Positions 35,519 to 44,049 are shown, counted from the first letter of the stretch. The stretch is DNA of 57,298 nt from a bacterium (GCA_035430965.1 DAOMHQ010000001.1:16338-73635); one strand, 5' to 3'. The notes: a model not told the origin generated them from the letters alone. A program made the numbers and translations.

Positions 35519-38008
35519 TCAACGGACAGACTCTGAGCCGAGGGCAAAGAACTCTATAGCCTCGCTGATCCTCAACAGCCGGAAGTCGTTTGCCTCAATT
35601 CGCAGTCGAATGCCATGGATCAGGGCATCGTCCCGTTCCCAGTAGACCTTTCGTTGCGGTGGACGGAACCAAATCTCCTCCAATGGATCGTTAATATCGT
35701 ACTTCTTCCAGCCGGGTCTCAACGTAATATGCAGATCCTTCGGAAAAGAGTCCATATTCCGGAACAGAACACAGATTTGTTGACAAGGATCGCTATACCG
35801 TCGGAAACTTACCAGGATGTTTCTTGCGCAGTTGCCGTCGGATTCGTCGCGGATGAGGATTTCCCTGTTTTGTCCGGCCATTTCGAGAATCCAGGAGAGA
35901 AATGTCGCCAGATCGTAGCCCTCCGAATCTGCCGCGAGATACCAGATGCGCCCATTGCCAAGTTGTCGTTCGAGAAGGACAGGTCTTTCAAGCGAATCGG
36001 CAATAAGCGTGTGGAATGAGGATTTGCTTTCAACCCCCTCTGTATCCCCCCCAATCTTGGGAAAGATTTCTTGAAGAAGCCCCCTCTCCCCCCGGGAGAG
36101 GGTTGGGGTGAGGGAAATCGGTTCAACCACCCCGACTCCTTCAACCGTCTGCGGCACTCCATCGCCGTTGATCCCTCCTGGCTTCCTGATTGTGCTTTTC
36201 TGAGAATCGCCCGGCACCGGCTGAATGCCGATCCATTCGCCGAATCCGTTGGATTGACCGTAAGGTGTTTGGCCCGGGATTTCCTCGCCCAGGACCAGCA
36301 GACCGCCGTTTTGCACATAGTTTTCAAGGTTCTTCTGAAGTTCCTGTTCAAGATACTGTGTACACGGCAGGAACAGGACTTTGAATTGCGAGAGGTACTC
36401 GGACGATGCCAGGTGAGAGGGGATCATCTCAAACGGCCAATGCGTGTATTTCAGCGCCGCATAATATCGCATCGCCTTTTCGGGCAGGTCGCCATCGCAC
36501 ATCAGCCGTCGGGCATTCCCCCAGCTCCACACGAATCCAATGCGATGATTTTTTGTCCAACGTGTCCGAAAGAGAAAGAGGCGTTCCCTGGCTATTTCCT
36601 GCGTGAAATCGAGAATGCCGCGCAATGCCTCCGTGCGACGTGCGAGCGGGACCAAGGCGCTGTAGGGATGCTTCTCAGCCTCTTCCTTGATCTTGTCGAT
36701 TCCGTCCCACCAGGACCAGCCGCGCTTTGACCACGAAAACAGAGTGGCTCCGTCATAGCCCAGGAGGACACGGGTCCACCAGTCATTCCGCACATCGCGC
36801 CGAGTTTGCCCGGTCAGATAGAACTCATTTTCGAATAGCATTCTTTCTCCCGCCATCGCCAGAAGGATATCGCTGGAAATCGGAGCGGGGGCCATGGGCG
36901 TATCGCTCCAGTCGGAGACCGGTTGGCTGCCAGCCGCTCCGGGGGTCCACAGACCCCCATCGGTCGGCGCGAGGACGACTTCTTCACGAGCAAGAATCTT
37001 TTCGTAATGGACCGCATCCCATGGAACCAGGGCGGCAGTACGTCTCGGCTGGATCACACAGACTGCGTTGGGGTCGATCTCCCGAATCGTGTCGGTGCCC
37101 ACTTTGAACAGGTCGGCGAATTTCTCTGCCAGGTATTCGTCATAGTCCAGCCACAGAGGGGGGACTGTCTTCGGGGCTGCATGGTCGCGAATCTCATCCC
37201 AGGAATTCCAATTCGTCCCCCAAACGCAATTGACGGCCTCCAGCGAGCCATATCGTTCCTGGAGCCATTGGACGAACTCAGCTCGATGGTCCTCTGTCCA
37301 GGCGTTGTATCCGGGTTCGTTGAACAATTCGTACATGAATACAGGAACTTGCGCATCCCGAAGCCTTTGTGCATACAGCCGCCAGATCGACAGCCAGATC
37401 TCCCGTCCCGGTCCGATAATCCGGTACGGCATCCAGTGACCGCCATGCGGATTCAAGTATTCATCCGGGAATCTCCCGGCATCCGGCTGTCCCGGTGCTC
37501 CAAGTCCCCACGGCCAGGCGACAAAATCCGCATAAAACGGCAGGCGCAGTTCGCGGGCGAATGTGGCGACATAGTCGGGATCTTCGGGGACACGGGCTTC
37601 GTAACCGACCGTTTCATAGAATGGTTTGGGATTCAGCGACATCGAATAGAAATTGAATCCCAGCCGAGTTGCCGATCCCCAGTTCAGCGGCTGTTCATAG
37701 ATCCAGCCGTGCAGCTGAGGGTCATAAAGGCCGGAATTCGGCGGCAATTCGCCGAGTTCCCGTTTCCCGTACAAGTCGAAACGGGGATCATCTCTGCCGT
37801 AAGCCCCGATGAGAAAGGTCCTATGTCCATCCGCTGCGACGAAAGCGCCTTTCTCGTATCGGGGTGGGTTGAGATATTCGGCGCTCCTGGAGAGTTCTTC
37901 GCAGGTGGGCCAGGCGGCCTGTTCCGGGTTTCTCGCACATCCGGTGATCAGGAGGGGAACCAACAGCAAGAGCGTGGGCTTCAATGGCATTTCTGTCCGG
38001 GAGAACAT
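35519..38008 (-). CDS. Secreted GH42-like glycoside hydrolase (TIM barrel + GATase1-like trimerisation domain + extra C-terminal domain)
   Basis: 829 aa. MYELFNEPGY (catalytic acid region), FVQWLQERYGSLEAVNCVWGTNWNSWDEI, later YVQNGGLLVLGEE ... RQLGNGRIWYLAAD, as in GH42 beta-galactosidases. Carries a family-A repeat in frame. Confidence 0.6.
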   Translation of the reverse strand: MFSRTEMPLKPTLLLLVPLLITGCARNPEQAAWPTCEELSRSAEYLNPPRYEKGAFVAADGHRTFLIGAYGRDDPRFDLYGKRELGELPPNSGLYDPQLHGWIYEQPLNWGSATRLGFNFYSMSLNPKPFYETVGYEARVPEDPDYVATFARELRLPFYADFVAWPWGLGAPGQPDAGRFPDEYLNPHGGHWMPYRIIGPGREIWLSIWRLYAQRLRDAQVPVFMYELFNEPGYNAWTEDHRAEFVQWLQERYGSLEAVNCVWGTNWNSWDEIRDHAAPKTVPPLWLDYDEYLAEKFADLFKVGTDTIREIDPNAVCVIQPRRTAALVPWDAVHYEKILAREEVVLAPTDGGLWTPGAAGSQPVSDWSDTPMAPAPISSDILLAMAGERMLFENEFYLTGQTRRDVRNDWWTRVLLGYDGATLFSWSKRGWSWWDGIDKIKEEAEKHPYSALVPLARRTEALRGILDFTQEIARERLFLFRTRWTKNHRIGFVWSWGNARRLMCDGDLPEKAMRYYAALKYTHWPFEMIPSHLASSEYLSQFKVLFLPCTQYLEQELQKNLENYVQNGGLLVLGEEIPGQTPYGQSNGFGEWIGIQPVPGDSQKSTIRKPGGINGDGVPQTVEGVGVVEPISLTPTLSRGERGLLQEIFPKIGGDTEGVESKSSFHTLIADSLERPVLLERQLGNGRIWYLAADSEGYDLATFLSWILEMAGQNREILIRDESDGNCARNILVSFRRYSDPCQQICVLFRNMDSFPKDLHITLRPGWKKYDINDPLEEIWFRPPQRKVYWERDDALIHGIRLRIEANDFRLLRISEAIEFFALGSESVR
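36080..36114 (+). repeat. Family-A repeat, copy 6, inside the GH42-like CDS (in frame, antisense orientation)
   Basis: cCCCCTCTCCCC-ccg-GGAGAGGGttGGGGtgaGGG. Read on the gene strand as ISLTPTLSRGERGLLQE. Confidence 0.85.
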
Positions 38009-38058
38009 GGTGATTGTCCACTCAGTCCACGTTGTTCATCACTCCACTCAAGGCATTG

Positions 38059-38472
38059 TCAAAAATCGACCTTCCTGGTCAGGACTTTTTCCTCAATCCA
38101 GCCCTCACGGTTTCCCCAACACCGAATCCGCACCCAGCCGTCCCGCCGTTCCAGCGGAACCACCTCGGTTCCTTTCATCAGAACGACGAGGAACTGCGGT
38201 TCTACGGATGGATTCTTGTAAACCGGGTTCGGACTGGTGACCAGAAGATCCTCCTGGTGGACCACTTGAGAAACCTGCTTGGAGGGGTACTGGAATACGC
38301 GATTCTTCTCGGATTGAACAGTGATCACCAGTTGCGAATCCCAGGCAGAGGTTCGGACTGTCACGGTCCCGGAACGAACCATCCCACTTTTCAGAAAGAC
38401 ATCGGCGGCTTCCGCCCGAGTTGAGATCAGTGTGAGAATAAGGAGAAATCCTCCCGCGATTCGCCACATCAT
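38059..38472 (-). CDS. Secreted bacterial SH3-domain protein
   Basis: Signal peptide MMWRIAGGFLLILTLISTRAEA. C-terminal VYKNPSVEPQFLVVLMKGTEVVPLERRDGWVRIRCWGNREGWIEEKVL resembles SH3_3. Confidence 0.5.
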   Translation of the reverse strand: MMWRIAGGFLLILTLISTRAEAADVFLKSGMVRSGTVTVRTSAWDSQLVITVQSEKNRVFQYPSKQVSQVVHQEDLLVTSPNPVYKNPSVEPQFLVVLMKGTEVVPLERRDGWVRIRCWGNREGWIEEKVLTRKVDF

Positions 38473-38653
38473 GCAGAGTCCTTTCAGGGCGTTGTTTCTT
38501 GCGGACGATGGGAGATCAGACCGCCTCTTTTGAGTGGACTCAGGATATCATGAGACCTTGGCCGGGTCACAGATCCGCCCCCCCAGGCCCTTATGTAACT
38601 GGGGCTGGGCTGGGGTGACACAATGAATCTGCTATGATACAGTGCCTTGGCTT

Positions 38654-38682
38654 TTGACCTGGAGGATAAATGGCGCTATAGT
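38654..38682 (+). promoter_or_regulatory. Sigma-70-type promoter for tRNA-Pro
   Basis: TTGACC (38654-38659), a 17-nt spacer, then TATAGT (38677-38682). The tRNA starts about 25 nt downstream. Confidence 0.6.
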
Positions 38683-38706
38683 ATGGAGTGTAAGTAAAAA
38701 GAATCC

Positions 38707-38780
38707 CGGGGCGTGGCGCAGTTTGGTAGCGTGCTTGAATGGGGTTCAAGTGGTCGCTGGTTCGAATCCAGTCGCCCCGA
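38707..38780 (+). tRNA. tRNA-Pro (anticodon GGG)
   Basis: Hand-folded cloverleaf. Acceptor CGGGGCG/CGCCCCG, D-arm GCGC/GCGT with GG loop, anticodon stem CTTGA/TCAAG with loop A-T-GGG-G-T, 5-nt variable loop, T-arm GCTGG-TTCGAAT-CCAGT, discriminator A. CCA not encoded. Confidence 0.9.
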
Positions 38781-39009
38781 TTGAACTCCGGAGCCACCTC
38801 GGTCCTTCAACACCAAGATCTTCGTAACCGGCAGGGCAACCACCTGAGGAAGAAGAGATTAAAGTGTTGCTAACTGCCGCCCTTCCGACCGGATTCCCGA
38901 CAAAACAAAGCAGGGTCTTCCCCCTCAGGACCGGCTTGTTGGCAAATATGAGGGATCACCAGACGGCAGCTCCAACGATGAGCGCCTCAGCAGTAAGGAG
39001 GAAAGTAAT

Positions 39010-39213
39010 TTGGCTACGGGCAGTGTGAAATGGTTCAGTGAAGACAAAGGGTACGGGTTTATTGTTCCGGATGAAGGCGGTAAGGATCTGTTTGTCCATT
39101 ATTCCAACATCGACGGACAAGGATTTCGTTCCCTTGAGGAAGGGCAGAGAGTCGAATTTGAGCCGGCGCAAGGCCGAAAAGGCCTGGAAGCTACCAAAGT
39201 GCGCCCCTGCTGA
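39010..39213 (+). CDS. cspA: Cold-shock protein (CspA family, S1-like CSD)
   Basis: TTG start with [41 protein letters not shown] contains RNP1 (KGYGFI) and RNP2 (VFVH-like) motifs. Confidence 0.9.
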   Translation: MATGSVKWFSEDKGYGFIVPDEGGKDLFVHYSNIDGQGFRSLEEGQRVEFEPAQGRKGLEATKVRPC

Positions 39214-39246
39214 CAGGGTTAGGCTCAATCCCATCTGACTTGCAAG

Positions 39247-39278
39247 AGGCTCCGGCGAGAAGTCGGGGCCTTCTTTTG
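39247..39278 (+). terminator. Rho-independent terminator of csp
   Basis: AGGCTCCGG-cgagaag-TCGGGGCCT (9-bp stem including G-U pairs) followed by TCTTTTG. Confidence 0.6.
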
Positions 39279-39364
39279 TGGATAGGACAGGTGGATGATC
39301 CTTGTTCTGTCCTGACAGATTGCCGTTCTGCCGTTCCCTCACCCTGACCCACACTCCAAGATAG

Positions 39365-39400
39365 CCCCCACCCCAACCCTCCCCGTAAACAGGGAGGGAG
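39365..39400 (-). repeat. Family-A repeat, copy 7 (degenerate)
   Basis: CCCCCACCCCaaCCCTCCCC-gtaaaca-GGGAGGGag. A partial ccCTCACCCtgaCCC lies at 39336-39350. Followed by the short direct repeats ccaatccgcaatcc x2. Confidence 0.6.
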
Positions 39401-39447
39401 ATCCTGCACCCCAATCCGCAATCCCCAATCCGCAATCCGAAATCGGT

Positions 39448-40515
39448 TTAATACCGCCCATATTTACGGGCTGTTTCGTACATGGCCACCACATTCTCCG
39501 TGGGAGAATTATCCTGGAACTGGTGGGTGGGCGCGCAGCAATATCCGCCGCCCGGCATCATGATCTCCAGGGTTTCCCGCACGTTCGCGATGACATCCTC
39601 TACGGTCCCGGTTGCGACCGGCCCGGCGGTGGAAATGCACCCGTGAAAGGCCAGCCGTCCGCCGAATGTCCTCTTGAGATACTCCGGCGACATGTTGACC
39701 GCTTCCGGCTGAAGGGTATCCACCGCATTGATCCCCATTTCGATGAAATCCTCGTACGCCCAGCTGCTTGACCCGCAGGTATGGATCATGACGGGCAGGT
39801 CGAATGATTTCGCCAGATCGATGAATTTCTGATGACGGGGCCGGATGTGTTTACGGAACAGGTCCAGGCTGATAATCGGGGCGATCTGCGTACCGAGATC
39901 CTCTCCCATCCAGAGGAAGTCCACTTTCCCCTGGGCGGCTTCCAGAGTCCGCCGTGTGATTTCCAGGTGAGTTTCCATTTTCCGGTCGATCAGCAAGAGA
40001 CCGGCGGGATTGTCGGTAATCAAATCCACCAGCACTTCCTCCATGCTTCGAAGCATCCCGGTGCTGTTGATGATATCGCCCAATCCCGCGCCGCCCGCGA
40101 ACAAGGCATACTCCCGGTATCGCTCGCAGGTCTGCGGGATTGCGGAGTAATCGTAATCGTCCGGGGATGGCATCGGCCAGGCAGCGATGGCTTCCTCGTC
40201 AGCATCCTTGAGCGGAAAGTCGCAGAAATCCCAATACCCGCCGCTTTCGTGTTCGATCCAGCGGGTATGAATCCCCCATTCCGGATCGACTCGGCGGTCC
40301 GGGATTTCGGGGTGAAGTCTCGGTCCGATATAGTCCGCATCCACCCAGCGGAAATCCACGCCGAGTGCCAGGCGTAACCCTTCATCGTCATCCGCCGAGA
40401 GTCCGTAATGCGCTTTCAGCCGTCCGTCGATTCCCGGATTCGCCGAGTAATCCAGCGGGACCCGGTCGGGTTCCCGGCAGGCCAGGGTGGTCAACACGCG
40501 CTCTTTCGAGGTCAT
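39448..40515 (-). CDS. Uroporphyrinogen decarboxylase (URO-D) family protein
   Basis: ORF 39448..40785, trimmed to MTSKERVLTTLACREPDRVPLDY (ATG 40515), a typical URO-D/MtaA-family N-terminus. Upstream codons overlap the next gene. Confidence 0.7.
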   Translation of the reverse strand: MTSKERVLTTLACREPDRVPLDYSANPGIDGRLKAHYGLSADDDEGLRLALGVDFRWVDADYIGPRLHPEIPDRRVDPEWGIHTRWIEHESGGYWDFCDFPLKDADEEAIAAWPMPSPDDYDYSAIPQTCERYREYALFAGGAGLGDIINSTGMLRSMEEVLVDLITDNPAGLLLIDRKMETHLEITRRTLEAAQGKVDFLWMGEDLGTQIAPIISLDLFRKHIRPRHQKFIDLAKSFDLPVMIHTCGSSSWAYEDFIEMGINAVDTLQPEAVNMSPEYLKRTFGGRLAFHGCISTAGPVATGTVEDVIANVRETLEIMMPGGGYCCAPTHQFQDNSPTENVVAMYETARKYGRY

Positions 40516-40675
40516 GGGTTTTTCCTTTTTGAGAACGGGAATGATCGTTGAGGCCGCATTTTCGCGGCACGGGCGTATTATCTCCATGGACCCGCCAGAA
40601 GTCCATAACAATGCCTTGGAGTGCGGCAGCGGAGCTGCCGCCTTTGCCTGCATTCCGGCGCGTGTCGGGTGAGGA

Positions 40676-40891
40676 TTAAATGCCGACCGGAGTAAGATGG
40701 TATACACGGCCCAACCGTGATGCGGTCTCAAGATCCCCCTGTCGAAGCGCCTGGCGAACGTCATCGAGCTTGTATGCATCCTCAAGCGAAAGACAAGGCG
40801 ACCACCCGATATCCTCGAAAATCAACTCGACCTCGACCTCAGCCGCATAGTCTCCCTCATGGATGAGTCTCGTGTGGGATTTCCTGGTCAT
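40676..40891 (-). CDS. Small protein, putative antitoxin partner of the DUF4258 protein
   Basis: 71 aa, acidic. 4-nt overlap with the upstream DUF4258 gene. No motif recognised. Confidence 0.45.
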   Translation of the reverse strand: MTRKSHTRLIHEGDYAAEVEVELIFEDIGWSPCLSLEDAYKLDDVRQALRQGDLETASRLGRVYHLTPVGI

Positions 40892-41211
40892 TTCTTTCTC
40901 CTTGTGAATCCTTCACCCCATTTCGCCGGGTCGGGTCGATACGCTGTCACGAGAACAGCCGGTCCATCGGCATTCCGTGGTATGCCCCAGACGGCATGAA
41001 CCGGATTGCCGTCACGATCCTTTTCCAGAACCAACACACAAGGCCCTTTTGGGTAATCCGGATAATCTTCGATAAGCCGGGCCTTTTCTATCTCATCGAC
41101 CAGATCTCGAAAGAAAATTCCGTCCGCTGAGAGTTCTTCATAGCCGTGGTCAGAAACGCGAACCTCTTCTCGGCGAACGAGATCGATGATACGAGCAAGT
41201 GTATGACTCAT
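40888..41211 (-). CDS. DUF4258 domain protein (toxin-like)
   Basis: 107 aa. VRVSDHGYEELSADGIFFRDLVDEI..IEDYPDYPKGPCVLVL....GNPVHAVW matches the DUF4258 pattern as I recall it. Confidence 0.65.
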   Translation of the reverse strand: MSHTLARIIDLVRREEVRVSDHGYEELSADGIFFRDLVDEIEKARLIEDYPDYPKGPCVLVLEKDRDGNPVHAVWGIPRNADGPAVLVTAYRPDPAKWGEGFTRRKK

Positions 41212-41386
41212 ACTGAAATGGTATATTGAACCGCCGGGCGATTCAATTCCAATTGACTTCTTCGGATGCTTGAACGATCTCTTACCGGTAGTTCAGATGG
41301 CAGTAGCGGCAGCGCCGCGGCCGCCTTGTAACCTGGTCTCATCCCCGCACGTTCGTGTTATTATCTAAGAAGAAGGGGGTTACAGG

Positions 41387-42493
41387 ATGACGAATAGCCG
41401 GTCTTTTGTTCCCGCTGCGGTTGCCCTGGCTGCCCTCTTCGCGGCCCTGTGCTCCTTGTGTGCAGCTGTCCAGGATGACGTGGCAACGCTCGTAAGCCAG
41501 CTGCCGACAAACAATTCCTCCATATCCAACATGGAATTGGAGAAAAGAATCGCCGATCTCGGCCCTGCCGCATTGCCGGACCTGGAGAGGGAACTTCGCT
41601 ATGGCACACGCTCCCAGGCTGCCGTGAGGGTGCTTTCCCGGATTCCCGGCAAGGAGAGCACGGACCTGATTTTCGGGTATCTGCGGGATCCGAATATGAG
41701 AGAAGGAGTCCTTATCGCATTGGCGAAGAGGACTCTTTCAAACGATCAGATTGTCATCATGCTTGAAGACGATGCACCACGGGTGGTCCTGTACGGTCTC
41801 AGCCATGCGGCCGGGAGAATGGAGGTTCCTGGGGTCAGGGATGCCGTCGAGAGAGTCTTCGACAGAGACACCGCGATAGCCCAGTTCCATAATGAATACG
41901 GAGCATCCACTGCAGGTCCCGATTTTCTCTGGGATGTGCGTCTTGCGTCCGGCAGTCTTTTGTGCAAAGACATGCTACCGGAGATCCGTGCAAAGGCCGG
42001 GGAGATCCTTGCCGATCTCAAGAAAGAGGCCCTTCATCCCACAAAGCCGGACAGCCCCGTCAAGGCGAGTTACGCCTCTCAGGCGGAATTGACAATCTGC
42101 AGAGGCATGGACAAACTCTTCTCGCTGGGAAAGCCGATCAGGGATATGGTTGAGGACGCCGCAAAGGAAGCCGAAGGGAACCATGCGAAAGTGCTGGATA
42201 TGGCACTGGCACGTCTTGGAGACCAGACACGAGTGATGAAGGTAACGGAATGTCTCACGGATTCGGACAGCCCCACCATACGGTTCTGCGCCGCCTGGAC
42301 ACTCCGAGCTCTCCGTGATCCCTCGACTATCCCGGCATTGCGAAAAGCCTTGCGCGATCCGTACCGGCGACAAGATGGGTCGTGCGCGCGAATTGGAGAC
42401 GGCATGATCTACCCTGTCAGGAACGTCGCAGCGGGAGCGTTAGTGAAGTTGGGGGACGACCCGAAAGAGGTATGGGCAGCAACGCGGAAGTGA
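41387..42493 (+). CDS. Secreted HEAT/PBS-lyase-like repeat protein
   Basis: Signal peptide. Repeated ~30-aa helical units ending ...ALRDPSTIPALRKALRDP.. and ...AAGALVKLGD. Confidence 0.4.
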   Translation: MTNSRSFVPAAVALAALFAALCSLCAAVQDDVATLVSQLPTNNSSISNMELEKRIADLGPAALPDLERELRYGTRSQAAVRVLSRIPGKESTDLIFGYLRDPNMREGVLIALAKRTLSNDQIVIMLEDDAPRVVLYGLSHAAGRMEVPGVRDAVERVFDRDTAIAQFHNEYGASTAGPDFLWDVRLASGSLLCKDMLPEIRAKAGEILADLKKEALHPTKPDSPVKASYASQAELTICRGMDKLFSLGKPIRDMVEDAAKEAEGNHAKVLDMALARLGDQTRVMKVTECLTDSDSPTIRFCAAWTLRALRDPSTIPALRKALRDPYRRQDGSCARIGDGMIYPVRNVAAGALVKLGDDPKEVWAATRK

Positions 42494-42602
42494 GGTTATG
42501 CAACTGAATTGCCTTTACAGAGTCCCATTATCGCGAGCATGATACCGGTGGGGCCGGTGATTTGATAAAGAAAGCATGGTCTGCCAAGACCGTGCTCACC
42601 CC

Positions 42603-42661
42603 GTCATCGCGAGGAGCCGCCCGGAGTCTGCGAAGGGCGGCGACGTGGCGATCTCAGGCTT
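42603..42661 (+). repeat. Family-B repeat, long form, copy 2
   Basis: gtcatcgcgaggagcCGCccggagtctgcgaAGGGCGgcgacgtggcgatctcaggctt. 59 nt, collinear with 17270-17328. Confidence 0.85.
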
Positions 42662-42678
42662 ACGTTCGATCCGACAGC

Positions 42679-42706
42679 GAGATTGCCACGCTTCGCTCGC
42701 AATGAC
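42679..42706 (-). repeat. Family-B repeat, short form, inverted relative to copy 2
   Basis: Plus strand gagattgccacgcttcgctcgcaatgac equals the reverse complement of gtcattgcgagcgaagcgtggcaatctc. Confidence 0.75.
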
Positions 42707-42774
42707 GCAATATGTCAGGACTACCTATTTGCATTACAGCAGTATAATCGTTCGGCAACCGAAAGGAGTTCGCT

Positions 42775-43200
42775 ATGAGCCTGACCAGGGCACAGTTCCG
42801 CAACCGCCTGCCGTGGGCGATCTTCCTGATTATTGTTTTGATGTCGATGTGGGATGTAGTTTTCATGCGGTACGTCCATTACCACTCCCAGAATCGCAGC
42901 CTGGGACCGGATGACTATGAAATTCAGATTGTGACGGCAGATGACTACCGTGCGCTTTCCGATCCGGGCCAGGCAACAGTCCGCCTGGCGGATGGCTCCG
43001 TTCTGACTAAAGGCCCTGCCTGGGACACCAGCAGTTTCAGGCCCGTTCGAGATGGCGCCGAGTATGTAAAGGTCACAACCAGGGGCACAGCGCACCTTCT
43101 GGACTATGTCTTGCCGAAGGTCCTCCTTTACATTTTCCTGGGACTTGTGGGTTTGATTGCGACATGGCCCCGGCCCGGAGAGAACAGACAAGCGGGTTAA
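42775..43200 (+). CDS. Hypothetical two-TM membrane protein
   Basis: gaaaggag RBS. Hydrophobic segments near both ends (WAIFLIIVLMSMW; LLYIFLGLVGLIA). No motif recognised. Confidence 0.4.
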   Translation: MSLTRAQFRNRLPWAIFLIIVLMSMWDVVFMRYVHYHSQNRSLGPDDYEIQIVTADDYRALSDPGQATVRLADGSVLTKGPAWDTSSFRPVRDGAEYVKVTTRGTAHLLDYVLPKVLLYIFLGLVGLIATWPRPGENRQAG

Positions 43201-43214
43201 GTGCCCGGTCTTTC

Positions 43215-43243
43215 CTGGATTCCGGCTTCCGCCGGAATGACGG
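43215..43243 (+). repeat. Family-C short hairpin repeat, copy 2
   Basis: ctggaTTCCGGC-ttcc-GCCGGAAtgacgg, a perfect 7-bp stem. Confidence 0.7.
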
Positions 43244-43250
43244 GACGACG

Positions 43251-43334
43251 CCCCCTCTCCCGCCCTGATTTTCCCCCTCTCCCCCGGGCATCTTCTCCCT
43301 CTCCCACCGGGAGAGGGCAGGGGTGAGGGAGGGG
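43251..43334 (+). repeat. Family-A repeat cluster, copy 8 (two 5' half-copies plus one full copy at 43296-43334)
   Basis: cCCCCTCTCCCgccctg / ttCCCCCTCTCCCCCgggca / tCCCTCTCCC-acc-GGGAGAGGGcaGGGGtgaGGGAGGGG. Confidence 0.85.
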
Positions 43335-43410
43335 AACCCGCTTCGAAATCCAGTTCTCACACCTTGATCAATCCCTTGGTATGATATATTGTAATACCAG
43401 AGGAGATGCC

Positions 43411-43653
43411 ATGAGCACAGTCAAGGTCGCCATAACCATTCAGGAACATCTGGTTGATCAGCTGGATCGGCTGGTCAAAGCAAAAGTGTTCCCGAATCGC
43501 AGCCGAGCGGTGCAACAGGCTGTAGAGGAGAAGCTGGCACGGCTTGACCGCAACCGTCTTGCACGGGAGTGCGCGAAACTCGATCCGGCATCCGAACGCG
43601 CAATGGCCGAGGAAGGGATGTCGCGGGAGATTGCCGAATGGCCGGAATACTGA
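43411..43653 (+). CDS. mazE: Ribbon-helix-helix (CopG/MazE-like) antitoxin
   Basis: aggag [45 protein letters not shown] is a typical RHH. Overlaps the mazF start by 16 nt. Confidence 0.75.
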   Translation: MSTVKVAITIQEHLVDQLDRLVKAKVFPNRSRAVQQAVEEKLARLDRNRLARECAKLDPASERAMAEEGMSREIAEWPEY

Positions 43654-43976
43654 GGGGAGAGATTTACTGGGCGGATCTGGGTCCGACGAAGGGGCATGAG
43701 CAAGCCGGGGAGCGTCCCGTGCTTGTTATCAGTCACGATGTTTTCAATGAGCATTCCGGTACGGTTATCGCTATGGCTTTAACGAGCCAACCCCAGAAGG
43801 CAGGATTTCCCCTGACGCTGGAATTAGACGATACCTCTCTCCCGAAAAAGTCATGGGTAAAGATCGGCCAGGTTCGCACCTTGTCTATCGAACGTCTCGG
43901 CAAGAAGATCACCAGGCTGTCCGATAAAGAACTGGATCTCGTAATTGAGGGATTGAATGAGATTGTTGGGGGATAA
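43638..43976 (+). CDS. mazF: MazF/PemK-family endoribonuclease toxin
   Basis: ORF 43569..43976, trimmed to [32 protein letters not shown]... (canonical PemK N-terminus), ...[14 protein letters not shown]. Confidence 0.9.
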   Translation: MAGILRGEIYWADLGPTKGHEQAGERPVLVISHDVFNEHSGTVIAMALTSQPQKAGFPLTLELDDTSLPKKSWVKIGQVRTLSIERLGKKITRLSDKELDLVIEGLNEIVGG

Positions 43977-44009
43977 GGTACGGAGCAGCGGACACGGGAT
44001 GCCGTCTTT

Positions 44010-44049
44010 CCCCCTCTCCCACCGGGAGAGGGTTGAGGTGAGGGAGGGG
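44010..44049 (+). repeat. Family-A repeat, copy 9
   Basis: cCCCCTCTCCC-acc-GGGAGAGGGttGaGGtgaGGGAGGGG. Confidence 0.85.

Noticed and set aside
36923-38221. Long antisense or alternative-frame ORFs. Examples: 36923-38221 (+, 432 aa), 25945-26913 (+), 21032-21949 (-), 12282-13172 (-), 47598-48476 (+), 4169-5038 (+), 49860-50573 (-), 22446-23276 (-), 2996-3898 (-)
   Set aside because: Each lies opposite or out of frame to a gene with clear family motifs. Their products are Arg/Pro/Gly-rich low-complexity strings typical of open antisense frames in GC-rich DNA, and none has an RBS or recognisable domain.
38577-38619. Possible additional degenerate family-A relative (CCCCAG-N12-CTGGGG-ctgggctGGGGtga) upstream of the tRNA promoter
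   Set aside because: Only the general C-arm/G-arm/G-tail logic is shared. Sequence identity to the family consensus is too low to call.
38956-39435. 159-aa minus-strand ORF across the csp locus
   Set aside because: It runs antisense to a high-confidence cold-shock gene and extends through repeat DNA. It has no motif or RBS.
39336-39445. Possible CRISPR-like or microsatellite array (ccaatccgcaatcc repeats after a degenerate family-A copy); also the 9-bp repeat at 28012-28047
   Set aside because: The units are 9-14 bp, directly adjacent without spacers and only 2-4 copies. There are no cas genes in the window. They are better explained as slippage-type tandem repeats.
38707-40675. tRNA-Pro as integration site of a genomic island
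   Set aside because: No integrase follows the tRNA. I could not find a direct repeat of the tRNA 3' end downstream. The genes immediately after it (csp, URO-D family) look like normal-composition housekeeping genes.
39448-40785. N-terminal extensions in the ORF track: URO-D to 40785, DegT to 26408, kinase to 25129, Hyi-like to 35547, MazF to 43569, HicB to 43957, pentapeptide to 2594, PPIase to 28014
   Set aside because: The extensions overlap neighbouring genes or repeats, lack homology-like sequence, and internal starts with an RBS and family-typical N-termini exist. Trimmed coordinates are used instead.
41285-41345. tRNA-like fragment (ccGGTAGTTCAGATGGCAGTAGCgg...) in the divergent intergenic region
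   Set aside because: Only the D-arm-like stretch resembles a tRNA. No anticodon or T arm can be folded from the following GC-rich sequence, so this is probably chance similarity.
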